A stretch of 32,000 bases of DNA from Candidatus Saccharimonadota bacterium (GTDB taxonomy: Bacteria > Pseudomonadota > Gammaproteobacteria > Enterobacterales > Enterobacteriaceae): contig CP188088.1 of assembly GCA_049942965.1 (NCBI GenBank), positions 210,001 through 242,000 of the forward strand. The letters are read 5' to 3'. The notes below the pieces were generated by a model. That model searched no databases. It worked only from the letters and a program-made list of their open reading frames with translations, and was not told where the DNA came from. Of this stretch, positions 26,100 through 32,000 are shown in pieces. Positions within the stretch are counted from its first letter, which is position 1; each line of letters opens with the position of its first letter. The position numbers were made by a program, and so were the translations under genes.

Positions 26100-27386
26100 A
26101 TGTTAGATAATAATTTGCTAAAATATCGATTAGAAGAAGTAAAAAAAAAATTATTAAGAAGAAATTTTTGCTTAGATTCAAAAAAAATAACTCTATTAGA
26201 AAAAAAAAGAAAAAAAATACAACTTAAAACAGAAAATATACAAGCTAAACGAAATTTACTTTCAAAATTGATTGGTAACGCTAAGTTTTTAAAAAAAGAT
26301 TCGAGCATATTTTATGCTAAAACAATTTCGATACAAAAAAAATTAAATGATTTTAAGAAAGAGTTAACTGAAATAAAAAAAAAAATTAAAAAACTTATTT
26401 TAGAAATACCAAATATTCCTGACGATTCAATTCCTAATGGAAAAAATGAAAAAAATAACAAAAAAATATTAAATTGGGGTAAAAGACCAAAATTTAAATT
26501 TTTAATTAAAGATCATCTTGAGCTAGGAAGGGAAAGAAACGGATTTGATTGGAATGCTGCTGCTCTTATTTCTGGTTCTCGTTTTTCTATAATAAAAGGT
26601 AACGTTGCGAAACTTCATCGAGCGTTAGGTCAATTTATGATGGATTTGCACATTGAAAAACATGGTTATTTAGAAACTTATGTTCCATATTTAGTAAATA
26701 GAAATTGTTTATATGGAACTGGACAATTACCAAAATTTACTAAAGATTTATTTCATATAGAAAAGACCCCTGAACAAAAACATTCAAAATATATTTTAAT
26801 TCCTACTGCAGAAGTACCATTAACTAATATCGTACGAAATAAAATTATTTCAGAAAATGAGTTACCAATTAAATTAGTAGCAAAAACTCCTTGTTTTAGA
26901 TTAGAATCTGCATCTTATGGAAAAGATGTAAAAGGATTAATTCGAATGCATCAATTTGAAAAAGTTGAATTAGTACAAATTGTAAAACCTGAAGAATCAA
27001 TGAATTCTTTAGAAGAATTAACTAAAAACGCTGAAAAAGTATTAAAATTATTAGACTTGCCGTATCAAAAAAAATTATTGTGCTGTGGAGATTTAAGTTT
27101 TAGTGCTTCTAAAACTTACGATTTAGAAGTATGGTTTCCTTCACAAAATACTTACAGAGAAGTGTCGTCTTGTTCAAATATGCTAGATTTTCAATCTAGA
27201 AGAATGAAATCTAGATATAAAAATTCAGAAAAAAAAATATTTTTTTTACATACATTAAATGGTTCTGGATTAGCAATAGGAAGAACATTGGCTGCTATAT
27301 TAGAAAACAATCAACTAGAAAATGGGAAAATTTTAGTTCCAGCTGTTCTTCAAAAAAGATATATGAATGGAATTAAATACATATAA
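26100..27386 (+). CDS. serS: Seryl-tRNA synthetase
   Basis: 428 aa (E. coli 430). MLDNNLLKYRLEEVKKKLLRRNF...KTENIQAKRN aligns with E. coli [23 protein letters not shown]...KTENLQAERN. It also has TPCFRLESASYGKDVKGLIRMHQFEKVE and SGLAIGRTLAAILEN. Confidence 0.97.
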   Translation: MLDNNLLKYRLEEVKKKLLRRNFCLDSKKITLLEKKRKKIQLKTENIQAKRNLLSKLIGNAKFLKKDSSIFYAKTISIQKKLNDFKKELTEIKKKIKKLILEIPNIPDDSIPNGKNEKNNKKILNWGKRPKFKFLIKDHLELGRERNGFDWNAAALISGSRFSIIKGNVAKLHRALGQFMMDLHIEKHGYLETYVPYLVNRNCLYGTGQLPKFTKDLFHIEKTPEQKHSKYILIPTAEVPLTNIVRNKIISENELPIKLVAKTPCFRLESASYGKDVKGLIRMHQFEKVELVQIVKPEESMNSLEELTKNAEKVLKLLDLPYQKKLLCCGDLSFSASKTYDLEVWFPSQNTYREVSSCSNMLDFQSRRMKSRYKNSEKKIFFLHTLNGSGLAIGRTLAAILENNQLENGKILVPAVLQKRYMNGIKYI

Positions 27387-27457
27387 TGACTAATTTAGAA
27401 ATTTTTAAAACATAAGAACATATAACTTAACTAATTCTCTTTGTTAGGAAAATATTA

Positions 27458-28543
27458 ATGAAAGAAGTACATAATTTTAGTGCTGGTCCAGCAATGTTAC
27501 CTAAAGAAGTATTAATTGAAGCAAAAAATAATTTTTGTAATTGGAAAAATAATGGTTTTTCTATAATTGAAATCAGTCATAGAAGTCATTTTTTTCTAGA
27601 AATTATTGAAGAAGCAGAAAACAATGTTAGAGAACTATTAAATATTCCAAATAATTATAAAGTATTATTTTGTCCTGGAGGTGCTAGAGGTCAATTTTCT
27701 GCTATTCCTATGAATTTATTAAATAAAAATGATGAGGCTGATTACATTGATAGCGGTTATTGGTCAAATTTAGCTGCAATAGAATCTGCTAAATATTGTT
27801 GTTCTAATATAATTGATGTAAAACAAATACATAATAAAAAAAAAAGTATTTTGCCTATGAAATATTGGGATCTTTCGGAAAAATCAGTATATGTACATTA
27901 TTGTCCTAATGAAACTATTAGTGGAATAGCCATTCATGAAGAACCTAATTTTTTTGACAAGAAAATAATTTGCGATTTTTCTTCTTTTATTTTTTCAAAA
28001 GTAATTGACATTAAAAAATATTCTCTAATCTATGCTAGTTCTCAAAAAAATATTGGTCCAGCAGGAATAACTATTATTATCATACTAGATGAATTAATTA
28101 AAAAAGCTCAAAAAATAACTCCTTCAATTTTAAATTATAAAATTTTATTAAAAAGTCGATCTATGTTTAATACTCCGGCAACATTTTCTTGGTATTTATC
28201 TGGATTAGTTTTTAAATGGATAAAAAAAATGGGTGGAGTACAAAAAATGGAATTGCTAAATCAAAAAAAAGCTAAATATTTATATTCAGTAATAGATTCC
28301 AGTTATATATATATAAATGATGTTCATCCAAAAAACCGATCCATAACTAATGTGGTATTTAAATTAAGAGAATTAGATTTGGAAAAAAAATTCCTAATAG
28401 AATCTGAAAAACAGGGATTTCTTTTTTTAAAAAATCATTTTATAGAAGGAGGTATTAGAGCTTCTATTTACAATTCAATGGATATTAGATCTGTTAAATC
28501 TTTATCAGAATTTATGATTTTGTTTGAAAAAAAATATGGTTAA
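27458..28543 (+). CDS. serC: Phosphoserine aminotransferase
   Basis: 361 aa (E. coli 362). It contains NFSAGPAMLPKEVL, YKVLFCPGGARGQFSAIP, HYCPNETISGIAI, YASSQKNIGPAGITIII (PLP-lysine region), MFNTPATFSWYLSGLVFKW and GGIRASIYNSM. Confidence 0.94.
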   Translation: MKEVHNFSAGPAMLPKEVLIEAKNNFCNWKNNGFSIIEISHRSHFFLEIIEEAENNVRELLNIPNNYKVLFCPGGARGQFSAIPMNLLNKNDEADYIDSGYWSNLAAIESAKYCCSNIIDVKQIHNKKKSILPMKYWDLSEKSVYVHYCPNETISGIAIHEEPNFFDKKIICDFSSFIFSKVIDIKKYSLIYASSQKNIGPAGITIIIILDELIKKAQKITPSILNYKILLKSRSMFNTPATFSWYLSGLVFKWIKKMGGVQKMELLNQKKAKYLYSVIDSSYIYINDVHPKNRSITNVVFKLRELDLEKKFLIESEKQGFLFLKNHFIEGGIRASIYNSMDIRSVKSLSEFMILFEKKYG

Positions 28544-28599
28544 TCAAAAACTAATTTAAATTTCAAAAAATATTTTTTTTATATAGGAGATTATTAATT

Positions 28600-29886
28600 A
28601 TGATTAATAGCTTAGTGTTAAATCCAATTAAATTTGTAAATGGTGATGTTTTTCTTCCTGGTTCTAAAAGTATTTCTAATAGAGTATTAATATTAGCTTC
28701 TTTATCAAAAGGTATAACATGTATTAAAAACTTATTAGACAGTGAAGATACAAAACATATGTTAAATGCACTAAAAATAGCAGGTGTTTCATATTCTTTA
28801 TCAAAAGATAAAAAATTATGTCAAATATATGGAAATGGGAAAAATTTTTTAAAACAAAATAAAACTATAAATTTGTTTTTAGGTAACGCAGGGACTGCAA
28901 TTAGACCTTTAGTTTCATTGTTTTCTTTGTATAAAAATGAAATTTTTATAACTGGCAATGATAGGATGAAAAATAGACCAATAAAACATCTAGTGGATGC
29001 ATTAAGGCAAGGTGGTGCTAAAATTTTTTATCAAGAAAAAAAAAACTATCCTCCTGTTTTAGTAAAAGGAGGATTTATTGGTGGAAAAATAGAACTAAAG
29101 GGAAACATTTCCAGTCAATTTTTGACTTCTATTTTAATTATGTCTCCATTAGCTAAATTGGATACAAAAATCAAAATAATAGGAAATTTAGTATCTAAAC
29201 CATATATTGAAATGACAATTAAATTAATGAAAGTTTTTGGAATTAATGTTGTTAACAATAATTATAAATTTTTTTTTATTAAAGGAAATAGTGAGTATAA
29301 AACACCTGGAGTTTATACAATTGAAGGAGATGCAAGTTCAGCTTCATATTTCTTAGCTGCTGCTGCTATAAAAGGTGGTACAGTTACAGTTCATGGAGTT
29401 GGTAAAAATAGTATACAAGGAGATGTATATTTTGCAAAAATACTTAAAAAAATTGGATCAATTATTTCTTTTGGTGAAAATTTTATTTCTTGTAGTAAAA
29501 GAGAACTAAAAAGTATTAATTTAGATATGAATAACATACCAGATGCAGCTATGACTGTAGCTATTGTAGCTCTTTTTTGTTCTGGAACTACTCACATTAA
29601 AAATATTTATAATTGGAAAGTTAAAGAAACAGATCGATTAGAAGCTATGTCAAATGAATTGAAAAAAGTTGGTGCAGTAGTAAAACAAGGGAATGATTAT
29701 TTAACAATTATCCCTCCAAAAAAATTTTTATATAGTGAAATTGAAACATATAATGATCATAGAATAGCTATGTGTTTTTCTTTAATTGCATTATCTAATG
29801 TTTCTACTAAGATTATAAATCCTGATTGTGTTAATAAAACTTTTCCTAATTATTTCAAGGAATTAAATTCTATAAGTCATTATTAA
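28600..29886 (+). CDS. aroA: 3-phosphoshikimate 1-carboxyvinyltransferase (EPSP synthase)
   Basis: 428 aa (E. coli 427). It contains LPGSKSISNRVLILA, LGNAGTAIRPL, GNISSQFLTSILIMSPLA, EGDASSASYFLAAAAIKGG, WKVKETDRL and NDHRIAMCFSL. An AGGAG Shine-Dalgarno lies upstream. Confidence 0.96.
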   Translation: MINSLVLNPIKFVNGDVFLPGSKSISNRVLILASLSKGITCIKNLLDSEDTKHMLNALKIAGVSYSLSKDKKLCQIYGNGKNFLKQNKTINLFLGNAGTAIRPLVSLFSLYKNEIFITGNDRMKNRPIKHLVDALRQGGAKIFYQEKKNYPPVLVKGGFIGGKIELKGNISSQFLTSILIMSPLAKLDTKIKIIGNLVSKPYIEMTIKLMKVFGINVVNNNYKFFFIKGNSEYKTPGVYTIEGDASSASYFLAAAAIKGGTVTVHGVGKNSIQGDVYFAKILKKIGSIISFGENFISCSKRELKSINLDMNNIPDAAMTVAIVALFCSGTTHIKNIYNWKVKETDRLEAMSNELKKVGAVVKQGNDYLTIIPPKKFLYSEIETYNDHRIAMCFSLIALSNVSTKIINPDCVNKTFPNYFKELNSISHY

Positions 29887-29988
29887 AAGATCGTAAAAAA
29901 ATGGATTCTTTAAATTTGTAGTTTTTAAGTTATTAACTGGATGGATAAATTGTTAAGATAGTTAAGTTAAAGTTGGTAGAGCAGCAAT

Positions 29989-30022
29989 TTAATATTGATA
30001 AATAATTAATATTGATAAATAA
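29989..30022. repeat. Perfect tandem duplication, 17 bp x 2
   Basis: TTAATATTGATAAATAA occurs at 29989-30005 and 30006-30022, in the aroA-rpsA spacer. Confidence 0.95.
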
Positions 30023-30426
30023 ATAAACTGCATATATTAGTTTTTAAACAAACTAATTAATTGTTTTTTTAGTTTTAAAATTTAGATCAATATATTATCA
30101 TGTACAAAAAAAATAAATTTATTAAATAATCTATTTGTTGCAAGAATCTTTCTTTAATGTTAATTTTAATAAATTTTATTTACAAATTTGTAAGTGCATT
30201 TAATTTATTCTTGGAATAAAAAATTGTTTTTCCAGACAATTGTCTAAAAATATGTATTTTATAAACCTGAAAATCATATTTTTTAATATTAAATACTATT
30301 TCAAAAATAAATAATATTATTCACACATAATTACTCCATAATATGGATTTAAACTGGGATGAATCATAATTTTAATTAACAAGATGTTAATTAGAAATTA
30401 ACATGGTATAAAAAAAAATATCAACT

Positions 30427-32000
30427 ATGAAAGAATCTTTCCATCAACTTTTTGAAGAATCTTTACAAAAAACAAAAACCAAACCTGGTTCTATAATTAA
30501 TGGAATTGTTGTTTCTATAGATAAAGAAACGGTAGTAGTAGATGCTGGATTGAAATCTGAATCATCTATTTCAATAGAACAATTTAAAAACAACAAAGGA
30601 AAAACGGATGTTAAAATAGGAGATTTAGTTGAAGTTGCTTTAGATGCAATAGAGGACGGTTTTGGAGAAACTATTCTCTCAAGAGAAAAAGCTAAAAGAC
30701 ATGCAGCTTGGATAAAATTAGAAGATGCGTTTTTTAATGCAACTACTGTAGTTGGAATAATAAATGGAAAAGTTAAAGGTGGTTTTACTGTTGAACTAAA
30801 CGATATACGAGCATTTTTACCTGGATCTTTAGTAGATGTACGACCAATAAGAGATACTATGCATCTTGAAGGAAAAGAATTAGAGTTTAAAGTAATAAAA
30901 TTAGATAAAAAAAGAAACAACGTTGTTGTTTCTAGAAGAGCTGTTATAGAACTAGAAAATAGTGCAGAAAGAACTACTTTACTAGAAAATTTAAAAGAAG
31001 GTATAAATGTAAAAGGAATTGTAAAGAACTTGACTGATTATGGAGCTTTTATTGATTTAGGAGGAGTAGATGGATTACTGCATATAACTGACATGGCTTG
31101 GAAAAGAGTAAAACACCCAAGTGAAATTGTTAGTGTAGGAGAAGAAATAGTTATTCAAATATTGAAATTTGATCGTGAAAAAACTAGAGTTTCTTTAGGA
31201 TTAAAACAATTAGGTAAAGATCCATGGATAGAAATATCTAAAAAATATCCAGAAGGTTCTAAAATAACTGGAAGAGTTACTAATTTAACTGAATATGGAT
31301 GTTTTGTAGAAATTCAAGAAGGCGTTGAAGGGTTAGTACATGTATCTGAAATGGATTGGACTAATAAAAATGTACATCCATCAAAAGTAGTTCGAGTTAA
31401 TGATAAAGTTGATGTTATGATTCTAGATATCGATGAAGAAAGAAGAAGGATTTCTTTAGGAATAAAACAATGTTTAGATAATCCATGGAAATTATTTGAA
31501 CAATCGTATAAAAAAGGTGATAAAGTACGTGGAAAAATCAAATCTATAACTGATTTTGGAATTTTTATTGGTTTAGATGGAAATATAGATGGATTAGTAC
31601 ATTTATCAGACATATCTTGGGATCTTCCAGGAGAAGAATCAGTAAAAAAATATAAAAAAGGAGATTCTATTGTAGCTATAGTATTACAAGTAGATTCTGA
31701 TAGAGAACGAATTTCTTTGGGAATAAAACAAATAAAAGATGATTTTTTTAGTTGTTATTTGAAAAATAATAAAATAGGTTCAATAATTTCTACAACGGTC
31801 ATTTCAATGGAAGGAGAAAAAATATTAACAAAAATTAATGAAGAATTATTAGGAAAAATAAGTCTAACAAAATTACTACAATCAACAGAAAAAATTCAAA
31901 AATTAAAAGTTAATGATATCATTAATTTTAAAATAATTAGCATTAACAGAAAAAAAAGAATTATCAATATTTTAATATTAAACGAATTATATCCAATGAA
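30427..32000 (+). CDS. rpsA: 30S ribosomal protein S1, 3' end beyond the window (about 524 of roughly 557 codons present)
   Basis: It is not in the ORF track because there is no in-window stop. I translated it from ATG 30427 and found no stop through 31998: [46 protein letters not shown]...[23 protein letters not shown]...[30 protein letters not shown]...[14 protein letters not shown]...[18 protein letters not shown].... The S1-domain repeats are colinear with E. coli S1. The minus-strand ORFs 30444-30920 and 31314-31613 are its shadows. Confidence 0.95.
   Translation, partial: MKESFHQLFEESLQKTKTKPGSIINGIVVSIDKETVVVDAGLKSESSISIEQFKNNKGKTDVKIGDLVEVALDAIEDGFGETILSREKAKRHAAWIKLEDAFFNATTVVGIINGKVKGGFTVELNDIRAFLPGSLVDVRPIRDTMHLEGKELEFKVIKLDKKRNNVVVSRRAVIELENSAERTTLLENLKEGINVKGIVKNLTDYGAFIDLGGVDGLLHITDMAWKRVKHPSEIVSVGEEIVIQILKFDREKTRVSLGLKQLGKDPWIEISKKYPEGSKITGRVTNLTEYGCFVEIQEGVEGLVHVSEMDWTNKNVHPSKVVRVNDKVDVMILDIDEERRRISLGIKQCLDNPWKLFEQSYKKGDKVRGKIKSITDFGIFIGLDGNIDGLVHLSDISWDLPGEESVKKYKKGDSIVAIVLQVDSDRERISLGIKQIKDDFFSCYLKNNKIGSIISTTVISMEGEKILTKINEELLGKISLTKLLQSTEKIQKLKVNDIINFKIISINRKKRIINILILNELYPM

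Noticed and set aside
25982-26308. 108-aa minus-strand ORF overlapping the serS start
   Set aside because: It overlaps the conserved serS N-terminus in antisense and has a low-complexity, F/N/K-rich sequence. It is spurious.
29971-30022. Calling the tRNA-like island in the aroA-rpsA spacer a functional tRNA gene
   Set aside because: Only the D-loop and 3' D-stem 14-mer and a 4-of-5 anticodon stem are present. There is no complementary 5' D-stem, no GTTCGAATC-type T-arm and no acceptor stem. At most it is a fragment, and it is reported only as a curiosity.
1-32000. Search for CRISPR arrays, IS elements or transposases, integrases, phage genes, restriction-modification, toxin-antitoxin or other defence modules
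   Set aside because: There are no spaced direct repeats and no terminal inverted repeats flanking ORFs. Every ORF of meaningful size is a recognisable housekeeping gene. The only repeats are 16-19 bp micro-duplications.

Overview
This window is extremely AT-rich, tightly packed and all housekeeping. Its gene content and order match a reduced gammaproteobacterial insect endosymbiont (Buchnera aphidicola-like; the strain cannot be told from sequence alone). I call 31 CDS and 3 tRNAs. In order they are: the 3' end of rne; a flagellar basal-body/hook cluster (flgK-J-I-H-G-F-E-D-C-B on the minus strand, divergent flgA); tRNA-Ser/Cys/Leu; then rsmC, minCDE, tsaB, yoaE, cspC, htpX, zwf, pykA, znuCB, aspS, infA, trxB, serS, serC, aroA; and rpsA, which runs off the 3' end and is missing from the ORF track because it has no stop in the window. 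Almost every ORF is within a few residues of its E. coli ortholog; the exceptions are rne and flgJ, which are cut down to single domains. I see no mobile elements, CRISPR arrays, defence islands, toxin-antitoxin pairs or foreign-looking genes, and I do not think the window holds a genuinely new multi-gene system. The closest thing to a 'system' is the filament-less flagellar cluster, already described for Buchnera. The observations worth a second look are signatures of genome reduction and small structural signals. On the reduction side: RNase E stops right after its Zn-link, FlgJ lacks its muramidase domain, FlgK has eroded termini, and flgL/flgM/flgN, znuA, cmk and hexR are absent. On the structural side: A/T homopolymers of 12-14 nt inside intact CDS, tRNAs without encoded CCA, three perfect or near-perfect tandem micro-duplications in spacers, and several hairpins or palindromes in unusually long spacers. 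The hairpins include terminator-like ones oriented against the flanking genes and an alternative-hairpin arrangement in an SD-less rpsA leader. All homology statements come from recalled E. coli sequences and motifs. No searches or folding calculations were run.
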